A stretch of 64,000 bases of DNA from a virus: positions 55,164 to 119,163 of IMG/VR virus record IMGVR_UViG_3300033388_005265, one strand, 5' to 3'. Position numbers and translations under genes: made by a program. Position 1 is the first letter of the stretch, and each line of letters starts with the position of its first letter. Below the pieces are notes generated by a model that was not told where the DNA came from, made no database searches, and saw only the letters and a list, made by a program, of their open reading frames with translations. This document shows, piece by piece, positions 1-8,572 of this stretch.

Positions 1-38
1 TAAAATCCCCACGTATTAACCATTGATACGACACCCCG
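1..38 (-). tRNA. 5' half of a tRNA-like gene cut by the window edge, or the D-arm part of a permuted element
   Basis: Minus strand reads CGGGGTG-TC-GTAT-CAATGGTTA-ATAC-G-TGGGG-ATTTTA; D-stem GTAT/ATAC with GG in the loop; anticodon and 3' end not visible. Confidence 0.55.
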
Positions 39-57
39 TCATTCTCTATCTTTTATT

Positions 58-340
58 TGGTAGGGGTGACCAGACTCGAACTGGCATTTCAAGTTTAGTT
101 TAGGGTACAGTGCCAATTACTCATACTAATTCCGATCTTAAGCTATAGGGCAATACATCAACGATGATTTTTATCACTACCAATTTGCCATTCATGGCTG
201 CTTAGGTAGATCTGACAACAACGATAAGTTTATCCCATATCTTTAACTTATAAAACTATTAACTTAACATCAAGCCTACAGACTGACATATGCTTTATCC
301 AGGCAAGAAAGCGCATCTCGTCAGTCCCTCCACCATCCTC
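58..340 (-). ncRNA. Candidate structured ncRNA ending in a T-arm, acceptor 3' strand and ACCA
   Basis: GCCAG-TTCGAGT-CTGGT-CACCCCT-A-CCA at 58-85; no matching tRNA 5' half upstream; long hairpin GACTGAC...GTCAGTC at ~281-326; no ORF. Confidence 0.5.
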
Positions 341-357
341 AGCTAAACGTTAAGGTC

Positions 358-1002
358 TTAACCTAACAGGTAATCTACTATTGACTTACCAACTTTCTTA
401 TCAACAATCTCGATGTCGTTTGCTCTTTGACGAGCTTTTTTAACACCACCGATAAGCTTATCTACTCTTCCGAGCATTGTGCTTTTCTCATGAACAGAGA
501 TCATACTACACCATTCTTCACGTGTATACTTTCCAACTTTCTTGGTGTCATTCCAGGTATGGATCTGTGCAGGCAATGACTGTCCACCTTCACCTTCCTT
601 AGGGAATGTAGGAGGTACGAGTACAGTATTCTGTATCTCTTTCTCATCCTTGAAAGTTTCTTCAGGATGCACTCTCCTTAGTACTCCGTCTCTTTGACCT
701 TTATCTTCTTCCCAAGCAACTCCAGGTGCAAGAGTAGGAATCGAGTCTACAAGCTCTCTAACAATCTTAAGCTTTGACTCAAGGCCAAGGAGGAATGTAG
801 CCGGCAGTCCTTCTGCAAGTACTTCTCCGTCAACAACCAGATCTGCAACAGCATTCTGATTTGTAGCCTCTTTCTGAAGAACTACATCGTAGTACTTTGA
901 GACCGGACCAAGGGCATAAGCAAGCTTACTAAGCACAGTATCGACAACATCACTCCTGTCTATTTCTCCGCCTTCATTTGCCTGTCTTACGTCATTAAAC
1001 AT
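358..1002 (-). CDS. Conserved phage protein (tentatively DUF7873-like); frame is open to 1116
   Basis: ORF track; C-terminal pattern K(K)ARQRAN...KVGKSIVDYLLG; upstream open frame reads LLAVEGD... Confidence 0.7.
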   Translation of the reverse strand: MFNDVRQANEGGEIDRSDVVDTVLSKLAYALGPVSKYYDVVLQKEATNQNAVADLVVDGEVLAEGLPATFLLGLESKLKIVRELVDSIPTLAPGVAWEEDKGQRDGVLRRVHPEETFKDEKEIQNTVLVPPTFPKEGEGGQSLPAQIHTWNDTKKVGKYTREEWCSMISVHEKSTMLGRVDKLIGGVKKARQRANDIEIVDKKVGKSIVDYLLG

Positions 1003-1226
1003 AGCCAGGGTCTTAATGTGACCTTTGAAGTGATCTGCTCTCTTTGTAAATGTAGAGATTGCCTCCTCAGTAGTCTTCTTTGCAAGACCTGCACGATCTC
1101 CTTCTACTGCAAGTAGTTAATGGTATTATATATTGTGCTGCATCTTCAATCGTATCAAAAGACCTCATGGTAGAGACATTTAATCTGCCTCTCCAGTATT
1201 CTGCTGCTAAATATGTCTCTTGTATG

Positions 1227-1631
1227 TTATTCATTTATTACCATATTAGTTTTTCTTCTAAACTCTATCTCATTACGAAATACTTGTCTTATTTCTTCAG
1301 ATAACTGTAATTGAGTTTCAAGGATAGCATTTATATGATTATTTGTCAAGTCTTTTAACAATTTAAGTTTAAAATTCTCAGTACCACTCTTACCATATGT
1401 TCCCCAAGTAACTACTTCTCTAATCTGTTCATGAGGATCATCAACATACAAAGATAACTCTTCATAGGGAGCTTCTTCGTTTAGATTACGTCTTAAGTAG
1501 CTCATGCCTCCGTCTACCATATACTCATGTTTATTTTTATCTATATAAGTAACATAGTCATGTACACTTCTGCTTACTAGAACTGTACCATCTGGAGTCT
1601 GTATGCTATTATGAATTATTCGTCTTGTCAT
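1227..1631 (-). CDS. Conserved hypothetical phage protein
   Basis: ORF track; SRSVHDY...MVDGG..YLRR pattern familiar from phage proteins. Confidence 0.7.
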   Translation of the reverse strand: MTRRIIHNSIQTPDGTVLVSRSVHDYVTYIDKNKHEYMVDGGMSYLRRNLNEEAPYEELSLYVDDPHEQIREVVTWGTYGKSGTENFKLKLLKDLTNNHINAILETQLQLSEEIRQVFRNEIEFRRKTNMVINE

Positions 1632-1854
1632 ACTTCTTGTTTATCTTTTGTAGTATTCCTATTATTCTATCCGGATCTTTACATAATTTTTCAAGTGGAG
1701 TTTCACTTTCAATCACTCTAGTATTTGCTCCACACCAGTCACACTTCTGATCTTCGTCACCTTCTAGTTCATGATGACATTTTGTGCACTTTAAATAAGG
1801 CATCAATATCACCTCACTACAAAATATGGCATTCCGCCTGGCATTACTTGCCAC
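1609..1854 (-). CDS. Small zinc-ribbon protein
   Basis: CTKC...CDWC; start may be the internal Met (MPYLKC). Confidence 0.6.
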   Translation of the reverse strand: MASNARRNAIFCSEVILMPYLKCTKCHHELEGDEDQKCDWCGANTRVIESETPLEKLCKDPDRIIGILQKINKKYDKTNNS

Positions 1855-2198
1855 ATATCACGTGGCATTAAAAAAGCAGCTAAGTCAGCAGCAATACCAA
1901 GAGAAAGTAACTGTTCTATGTTCATGTGCTCTCCCCACTGTATGCCATCTTTATCTACGCATGCATTTAAAAAACTCCAACCGCCACCTGATAACTCCTG
2001 AAACTTTTCAGGAAGCTGCTTTAATAGATTATGTATTTCAGGCTTATGAAGTTCAATTTTTACTGGATCAAATCCAAACTTACATGTTACAGAGTCTACT
2101 ATCGTAGCATCATCAGTTAAAGACTCTTGACTTGTTCCATATGGAAATAAGCAATCCTTAAAAATCTCATTTACCTTATCTGCTGTTAATGTAGTCAT
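1809..2198 (-). CDS. Conserved hypothetical phage protein
   Basis: ORF track; GGGWSFLNAC...WG pattern. Confidence 0.7.
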   Translation of the reverse strand: MTTLTADKVNEIFKDCLFPYGTSQESLTDDATIVDSVTCKFGFDPVKIELHKPEIHNLLKQLPEKFQELSGGGWSFLNACVDKDGIQWGEHMNIEQLLSLGIAADLAAFLMPRDMWQVMPGGMPYFVVR

Positions 2199-2527
2199 CT
2201 TCCAAGCTTCCTCAGGCCTTTAAGACCTTTCATATTTGCCATTCCTTTGGCGCCGACTCTTTCTCTTAAGTCAACTTCTTTTCTACCAAGATCTGAATCA
2301 GGAACAAGTCTTATTCCTGTAGGCAGTATATCATGTTCCTTAACTCTTTTAATAATCTTAATATGCTTACAGCCGTCTGCTGGACGATAATTTATCCATC
2401 CAGGACAGCTACATAGCCATTCATCTTTATCTGTATCATGAGTAACTTTATACTCTTTTCCCTTCTTGCTTGATGCTGATTTAGCATACCACTGAGGAAA
2501 CTTACTAAACTTCGTTTTTCTAGCCAT
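2195..2527 (-). CDS. SWIM zinc-finger protein
   Basis: W-x-CSC-P-G-W...C-K-H (CxC...CxH). Confidence 0.7.
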   Translation of the reverse strand: MARKTKFSKFPQWYAKSASSKKGKEYKVTHDTDKDEWLCSCPGWINYRPADGCKHIKIIKRVKEHDILPTGIRLVPDSDLGRKEVDLRERVGAKGMANMKGLKGLRKLGR

Positions 2528-3224
2528 GAGTACTCTTGCTCCTAGGCATAATTTTATTTACACTAATTACTTCTCTTGTAGGCAATATTATTGCACTAAG
2601 TTTATTATTGAAGCATCCAGCAGTATCTATGTTTGCACCTACTATATCTTGTTTTTCAGCAATAGGATTCCATTTCTGTAAGAACTCTACTTCTTGCTGA
2701 GGGGTATGCCCAAATACTTGGAATTTACCTAGATTTTTAGCCTTGCTACTACGATCCCATACTAACATCTCTTGAGATCTTTCACTACAATCTCTAAAAG
2801 TCTTTTCAACATGTATCGGTACACCGGCATGAGACAGTATAAAATCATCAGTCTCTATGTAGTAAGGCATATTAATCATGTATTCTAAATGGCTATCTGG
2901 AATATCTACTATTTTATCTCCATTATCATAAGACTTAAGAGTAGTTAGTCCACCATTCATTTCAAAGATACCAGGATTATACTTTCCTCTTTCTCCAATA
3001 TAGTCGATGAACATATCTTCATGGTTGCCTTTAACACTGATTATCCCTCTGTCTATACATTCCTGTATAACAGCCTTACTGTCTGGCCCACGATCTATTA
3101 GATCGCCGGTAGTGTATACCTGTTCAATATCTGCGGGCAGTTTTTCAAGCAATTCAAGAAGCTCTGCATGCAAACCATGTATGTCACCTATTATAGCTAC
3201 TTTACTCATTGTCAATATCCTCAA
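2520..3224 (-). CDS. Metallophosphoesterase / Ser-Thr protein phosphatase (PPP-like)
   Basis: GDIHG, GDLIDRG, GNHE, HAG and FGHT motifs. Confidence 0.92.
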   Translation of the reverse strand: MRILTMSKVAIIGDIHGLHAELLELLEKLPADIEQVYTTGDLIDRGPDSKAVIQECIDRGIISVKGNHEDMFIDYIGERGKYNPGIFEMNGGLTTLKSYDNGDKIVDIPDSHLEYMINMPYYIETDDFILSHAGVPIHVEKTFRDCSERSQEMLVWDRSSKAKNLGKFQVFGHTPQQEVEFLQKWNPIAEKQDIVGANIDTAGCFNNKLSAIILPTREVISVNKIMPRSKSTHG

Positions 3225-3498
3225 CTATGGCTTCTTTTACTCTACCATCAGTAACCCGAATGCTCATTTGTACTAAATCTGCATCTTGTGTGGTATCTAC
3301 TCCAAGAAGATTATTAGTCATACCTACCATAGCAAGCAGAGCATCATAAGTTTCAATATCCTTTTCAGTGATTAGATCTATTGCTCCACACTTTGGACAT
3401 GATTTATTAAGCCATACTTGCATGTTGTTAATTTCCATTTGAAAATCACAATCATCACATACTATTGTGACTCTGTCATTTTGTATAGGCTTACTCAT
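3202..3498 (-). CDS. Zinc-ribbon hypothetical protein
   Basis: CDDC...CPKC. Confidence 0.65.
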   Translation of the reverse strand: MSKPIQNDRVTIVCDDCDFQMEINNMQVWLNKSCPKCGAIDLITEKDIETYDALLAMVGMTNNLLGVDTTQDADLVQMSIRVTDGRVKEAIVEDIDNE

Positions 3499-4001
3499 TG
3501 TATAAATACCTCATATATTGCATATAGAATACAAATTACTAAGGTTACTTGTGCTACAACCTTCATTCCATCTGCTACTGTGCTAACTGGACTTTCAATG
3601 CCTGGGAGATCATCATCATTATATGAGTGGTCTCCATCATACATATGATATGGCTCTTTAAAGAAATCATCATCATCAGCTTCTAAGAGTAACTCATTAG
3701 CTTTTTCAAGTTCTTCTTCAGACCTTTCTTTTGCTGCTCTTAAATTACACTTGACTTCGTTAAATACAGCTTCATGAGATATTACCCATTCAAAAAGCTC
3801 ATCATCTTCTTTATTATCAAGCGTCATTCTTATTTTCATTTCTAACATTTCTTCATGACGTGATTCTAGCCACTCTTCAAATGTTTTTAGATCTTTTACA
3901 TGCGTATCAACCGAGAATTTACCTAAGGGATTCTTATTAAGCAACTCAGATAAAGGAGTCATTCCGGCTTCTTTCATTCTTTTGTCAAGATCTTCTTTCA
4001 T
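3495..4001 (-). CDS. Hypothetical protein with C-terminal hydrophobic helix
   Basis: ORF track; stop/start overlaps with neighbours. Confidence 0.65.
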   Translation of the reverse strand: MKEDLDKRMKEAGMTPLSELLNKNPLGKFSVDTHVKDLKTFEEWLESRHEEMLEMKIRMTLDNKEDDELFEWVISHEAVFNEVKCNLRAAKERSEEELEKANELLLEADDDDFFKEPYHMYDGDHSYNDDDLPGIESPVSTVADGMKVVAQVTLVICILYAIYEVFIQ

Positions 4002-4321
4002 TAGTTAGCCTTTTCTATATGTGTTATATCAAGACACAATTTATCTTTTAAGTTTTTAAAGACACGTCCTTTTACAGTAACTCTAATGTCTTCCTTCATA
4101 GAGTTAAACTCTATATGGCTGCTCTTACTTATACTTTCATGCTTAATGTAAACTAATATAGACTCTACTCCATCATGGAGCTCTATAATAGAGGTAGTTC
4201 CTTTAGTCCCTTTATTTTTCATTATTCCAGTAACTGAATAAAGATCCGCGATCTTTTTAAGCTTCAATTCTGAAGAACCATCATACTTTAACTTAAGCGT
4301 CTCTATACATGTATCTTTCAA
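4001..4321 (-). CDS. Hypothetical protein
   Basis: ORF track; upstream RBS. Confidence 0.65.
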   Translation of the reverse strand: MKDTCIETLKLKYDGSSELKLKKIADLYSVTGIMKNKGTKGTTSIIELHDGVESILVYIKHESISKSSHIEFNSMKEDIRVTVKGRVFKNLKDKLCLDITHIEKAN

Positions 4322-4353
4322 TTACTACTCCTACCTGTTTTATTTTTCTTTTA

Positions 4354-4566
4354 TTAATAGTTTTTGTATAGCTTGTATTGTCGAATAAGTTCTTTATCAT
4401 TGTCCTCTTTGTTCTTAATTGCAAGACATATAGCTAATGGGCAAAATAAAGTGTTCAAAATAAAACATTTTACTTTTTTATCTTGTCTATTTAAAATTGT
4501 ATGCATTTTTGTAGCAAATATTCCCCACATTATTGCAGTAAATACATATAATATTATAGATATCAT
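4354..4566 (-). CDS. Small membrane protein
   Basis: Two hydrophobic segments. Confidence 0.6.
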   Translation of the reverse strand: MISIILYVFTAIMWGIFATKMHTILNRQDKKVKCFILNTLFCPLAICLAIKNKEDNDKELIRQYKLYKNY

Positions 4567-4662
4567 TTTATCTTCCCCTTTTCTGTTTTCTTTTTATTAT
4601 GCAATTTAATTATTTTTTGTTTTATACTATAATAAGAACATTAACCTACAGGAGACTTAAAT

Positions 4663-5415
4663 ATGTCTAATCCAATTGAAAAACAATGTGCCGGTCCATG
4701 TGGACTAATAAAATCTTTATCCGATTTTCATATCCATAAGAATGGTTTATATGGACATCGCTCTAGATGTAAGATTTGCAAATCTCAAGAAAGTGCTGAA
4801 TATCGTAAAAACAATCCTAATCAAGCTATACAGTATCGTAAAAACAATGCTACTAAAGCAAAAGTCTATGGAGCTAAATACCGTAAAGACAATGCTAACA
4901 TTCTTAAAGATTATTTTACTCAACATCGCCTAAATAATCAAGATACTATTATTAAATGGCGTAAAGACAATCCAGATTATGCCAAATTATACCGACAAGA
5001 CCATAAGGATACAATTTTAGCAAAAGCAGCTATTTATCGTCAAAATAATAAGCAGGCAATTGCTGAACATGCTACTATTTATCGTAAAAACAACAAACAA
5101 AAGCTAGCTGAGTACGGCGTTAAGTATCGTCAAGACAATCCAGGCAAAGTAAATGAAATAACTGCTAAGCGTAGAGCAGCTAAACTTCAGAGGACAGTAG
5201 CTTGGGCAGACTTAAAAGCAATTAAACAAGTTTACGCTGATTGCGAAGAAATAAACTTAGCTGCTAAAACAGCAGGATGCACCGATATATTTACTGTAGA
5301 CCATGTTATTCCTCTTCAAGGAGAGTTTGTTTCTGGCTTACATGTGGAATATAATTTAGATATAATTACTCTTTCAGCAAACTCTTCTAAAGGTAATAGG
5401 TTTACTCCTGGCTAA
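4663..5415 (+). CDS. Putative HNH homing endonuclease, family A, with N-terminal YRxxN repeats
   Basis: VDHVIPL...GLHVEYNL...N..K.N HNH core; N-terminal CxxxC/CxxC; antisense to the operon. Confidence 0.88.
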   Translation: MSNPIEKQCAGPCGLIKSLSDFHIHKNGLYGHRSRCKICKSQESAEYRKNNPNQAIQYRKNNATKAKVYGAKYRKDNANILKDYFTQHRLNNQDTIIKWRKDNPDYAKLYRQDHKDTILAKAAIYRQNNKQAIAEHATIYRKNNKQKLAEYGVKYRQDNPGKVNEITAKRRAAKLQRTVAWADLKAIKQVYADCEEINLAAKTAGCTDIFTVDHVIPLQGEFVSGLHVEYNLDIITLSANSSKGNRFTPG

Positions 5416-5416
5416 T

Positions 5417-6238
5417 TCAGCGTTTCTTTTTTAGTTTACCAGCTTTAAGCTTTCTTTTTCTGTTGTCAGGCATCTTACGAAAAGAACATTCGTTAAACCC
5501 CTTCTTTTTTATCATACTTTTATCACTTACTTCAACCAATTCTGGTGTATTTCTAGGAATTACTCCTCCCATATACATAGAGATCTCCTGGTATGCTGTA
5601 AATGCATCTATCTTTTCAAAGAAGTGGAGATCTTTTAGATTGTTATTAATTATTAATCCTCCATTAACTAGATCAGGATGTTTCATTGTGCTATGATCCG
5701 AAGGAGTAAGTCCAATTTGTAGCTTCATATGTTGTACTACTGTAAAAACGGGAGCCTTATTACCTATAAAGAACTTTTCAAACTCTTTACTACGTTTACC
5801 AAGCTTAAAAAACTCCATAGTAGACTTTTTATTAGTGCCCCAAAGTGAAGTCTTATCTCGTACTTCTTTTAATTTTGACTCTAATTTATACTTTCCTAAT
5901 ATTTCTATTAGTTTTTTGTAACTATATACATATATCATCTTATATTTAGCATCCCCAAATATATCTTTTCCAATACGTATTTTTAGCTCCATACCAGGAA
6001 ACACCCTTCCACAGAAGCCTATTATAAACGGTTCAGCAGTAAGTTTTATTTCACTCTTATCATAGCGCCATCTATTACTGCTCCACCTAGGAGCACAGCT
6101 AAACAGATCCTTAATGAACTTACATTCAAACTCATCCAGTTTAATCTTACGAGGATGCCTCACATATACTAAGGTTTCATCTATTCCCAATCCTTGGGCT
6201 GAATCATAATAATCTCGTTCTTTAGATATAATTCGCAT
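5417..6238 (-). CDS. Conserved hypothetical phage protein
   Basis: 273-aa ORF; MRIIS...DYYD start and DAFTAYQEI..Y.GG end pattern. Confidence 0.75.
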   Translation of the reverse strand: MRIISKERDYYDSAQGLGIDETLVYVRHPRKIKLDEFECKFIKDLFSCAPRWSSNRWRYDKSEIKLTAEPFIIGFCGRVFPGMELKIRIGKDIFGDAKYKMIYVYSYKKLIEILGKYKLESKLKEVRDKTSLWGTNKKSTMEFFKLGKRSKEFEKFFIGNKAPVFTVVQHMKLQIGLTPSDHSTMKHPDLVNGGLIINNNLKDLHFFEKIDAFTAYQEISMYMGGVIPRNTPELVEVSDKSMIKKKGFNECSFRKMPDNRKRKLKAGKLKKKR

Positions 6239-6267
6239 ATTCTTACCTGTTTTGTTTTATATTATAT

Positions 6268-6939
6268 ATGTCCAATATAGTAGAAAAAACTTGCTCAGGT
6301 CCATGTAGACTGACTAAACTTGTTTCTGATTTCTATGTCGATCAGATCAACAAGGATCAGTCTATTCGTTATCGCAATAAATGTAAATCTTGTATTTCTA
6401 AAGATAAAGCTAAGCATTATCGAAAACATAAAGAAGAAATCTGCAAGAGATCTTCTGATTATCGTAAAGCTAATCCTGACTACGCTGTGTCTTGGCGAAA
6501 AAATAATCCTAATTATAATTCAAAATATAATGCGAATAACATTGAAGTCACACAAGCATATAAAAAAACAAATAAAGCTAAAATTAAAGTTCAGAGAGCA
6601 GAGCACTATAAAAGAAATAGAAAAACAATCATTGAGCGTTCTATCAAGTATAGTCTTGACAATCCAGGTAAGACTAGAGCAACTAAAGCTAAGCGTCATG
6701 CAGCAAAACTTCAGCGTACGGTAGCTTGGGCCAATCTAGAAGCAATCAAAGATATCTATAAGGATTGTGAAGAAATTAATTTAGCCGCTAAGACAGCAGG
6801 CTGTACAGAAATATTTACTGTAGACCATATAATTCCTCTTCAAGGAAAGCTAGTATCTGGCCTTCATGTAGAATATAATCTGGATATTATTACTCTTTCT
6901 AATAATTGTTCCAAAAGCAATAGTTTTATTCCAAGTTAA
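6268..6939 (+). CDS. Putative HNH homing endonuclease, family A
   Basis: VDHIIPLQG..VSGLHVEYNL; C-terminus nearly identical to 4663..5415. Confidence 0.88.
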   Translation: MSNIVEKTCSGPCRLTKLVSDFYVDQINKDQSIRYRNKCKSCISKDKAKHYRKHKEEICKRSSDYRKANPDYAVSWRKNNPNYNSKYNANNIEVTQAYKKTNKAKIKVQRAEHYKRNRKTIIERSIKYSLDNPGKTRATKAKRHAAKLQRTVAWANLEAIKDIYKDCEEINLAAKTAGCTEIFTVDHIIPLQGKLVSGLHVEYNLDIITLSNNCSKSNSFIPS

Positions 6940-6981
6940 ACTTTCCTCTCAATGCTGGACGAGTCATAATAGTCTTTTTTC

Positions 6982-7173
6982 TTAGATACGATCTTCATAA
7001 GCTATATCCTTACAATGTTGAAGCTCACCTTCATAATCAAAGCATATCTTTTCACATGCTTCTTCTAGCTTTGTTAAAGATTGACTAATATGGTTATCAC
7101 CAGATTTTATGTCATCTATAACTTCGTGTTTAGCATGCTGGAGTTCTAGGTATTGATCATCAAGTGTACTCAT
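6982..7173 (-). CDS. Hypothetical protein
   Basis: ORF track; co-oriented, overlaps neighbour. Confidence 0.55.
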   Translation of the reverse strand: MSTLDDQYLELQHAKHEVIDDIKSGDNHISQSLTKLEEACEKICFDYEGELQHCKDIAYEDRI

Positions 7174-7402
7174 AATCTGTACCTATACTAACAACCTCTA
7201 TTCTAGAGTGATCGGTAACATGTATCATCTCTTCATTAGGGTTATTTGTAGGTTGATATGCATTAGCATTATCACATATTTGTTTTGCATTACCATGAGT
7301 ATATTTGCCAGCCTGTCTTAAGCTACTTGTATAGCCACAGTTATTCCGTCTCCACCAGCCATTATGTTCAAAACTCCATATATAGTAATTAAGATCAATC
7401 AT
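7160..7402 (-). CDS. Conserved hypothetical protein
   Basis: YIWSFEH.GWWR.N.CGYT....AGKY pattern. Confidence 0.65.
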   Translation of the reverse strand: MIDLNYYIWSFEHNGWWRRNNCGYTSSLRQAGKYTHGNAKQICDNANAYQPTNNPNEEMIHVTDHSRIEVVSIGTDYEYT

Positions 7403-7625
7403 AATCTTTTATTGCCTCTATTGCTGCGAAGATATTCTCTGCATCATTAATAGCTTTTACACATTCATGCTCAGATCTAAACTGAGACTGCTTCCATCTA
7501 TTACCAGCAACTCTATACCATACTCTGCTGCTACCTCTAAGTCCTCCAGAACCAGGACCATCGAACTCATCTGTAGATTTTATTATTATTTCACTATTGT
7601 TTTTACAGTTTATTATTCTACTCAT
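7395..7625 (-). CDS. Hypothetical protein
   Basis: ORF track; overlaps neighbours. Confidence 0.55.
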   Translation of the reverse strand: MSRIINCKNNSEIIIKSTDEFDGPGSGGLRGSSRVWYRVAGNRWKQSQFRSEHECVKAINDAENIFAAIEAIKDYD

Positions 7626-7873
7626 ACTTTAACCAGATCTTTCAATCTGATTTTACTCCCTTTTGCTGTAACTTTTTTTATTTCTATAATTTTATTTATT
7701 ACAAATTTTTCATAGAGACGTTTGCTTCCATATCCTTTAAGTCTTAATGCTTTGGGAATCAAGCCATGTTTTTGGTAACTTTCAAAGCAGCCAATGCTCA
7801 TAGGAATTCCGAGCGAACCTTTCTTAATCACTTCTTTAACTATTTCGGCTCTAGTATAAAACTTATCACTCAT
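7622..7873 (-). CDS. MerR-like helix-turn-helix protein
   Basis: YTRAEI...ESYQKHGLIP...GYGSKRLY resembles the MerR winged HTH. Confidence 0.55.
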   Translation of the reverse strand: MSDKFYTRAEIVKEVIKKGSLGIPMSIGCFESYQKHGLIPKALRLKGYGSKRLYEKFVINKIIEIKKVTAKGSKIRLKDLVKV

Positions 7874-7967
7874 TAACTTATTTCTCCCTTATCGAACTAT
7901 TTTTAGCATATCTTCGTACACTTTGTTTTATATTATACTATAGCACGTAGCTAATGGAGACATCAAT

Positions 7968-8570
7968 ATGAATAAGATAACTGAGAAAAAATGTACTGGT
8001 CCATGTAGCTTAGTAAAGACTATTAATGAATTCTATATTGATAGGAATCCTAAGTCTAAGTCTGGTTATCGTTCTCAATGTAAGACTTGTATAATTGAAA
8101 GTCGTACCGAATACTATTATAATAACAAAAAATTAAGAACAAAATATCTTATAGACAATGCAGAAACAACTGCTATCACACGAGCTGCTTATCGTAAAAA
8201 CAACAAAGAGAAAATTGCTATTCAAGTGGCGCGAGCTCGAAAAAAGAATCCTGAGTTATTTCGCAAAAGAAACTCAGATTACAAATCAAATAATAAAGAT
8301 AAGATTAATGCTGCTACAGCTAAACGTAGAGCAGCAAAGCTTCAGCGTACAGTAGCTTGGGCAGATCTAGGTAAAATCAGAGACATATATGATCAATGTA
8401 TTGAAATCAATTTAACAGCTAAAACTGCAGGTTGTACTGAAATCTTTGTAGTTGACCATGTCATTCCTCTAGTTGGGAAACTTGTATCTGGTTTGCATGT
8501 GGAAAACAATCTACAGATAATGACACTTAAAGATAATTGTCGCAAACATAATAAATTTATTCCAGGCTAA
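7968..8570 (+). CDS. Putative HNH homing endonuclease, family A
   Basis: VVDHVIPL.G..VSGLHVENNL...N..K.N. Confidence 0.88.
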   Translation: MNKITEKKCTGPCSLVKTINEFYIDRNPKSKSGYRSQCKTCIIESRTEYYYNNKKLRTKYLIDNAETTAITRAAYRKNNKEKIAIQVARARKKNPELFRKRNSDYKSNNKDKINAATAKRRAAKLQRTVAWADLGKIRDIYDQCIEINLTAKTAGCTEIFVVDHVIPLVGKLVSGLHVENNLQIMTLKDNCRKHNKFIPG

Positions 8571-8572
8571 TT

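Noticed and set aside
1-10. Possible ochre-suppressor anticodon (TTA) in the left-edge tRNA half
   Set aside because: It needs an extra nt between the D and anticodon stems; the standard register gives TTT; the loop is cut by the window edge
90-340. Group I intron interrupting a tRNA
   Set aside because: No tRNA 5' exon upstream and no recognisable P7 core
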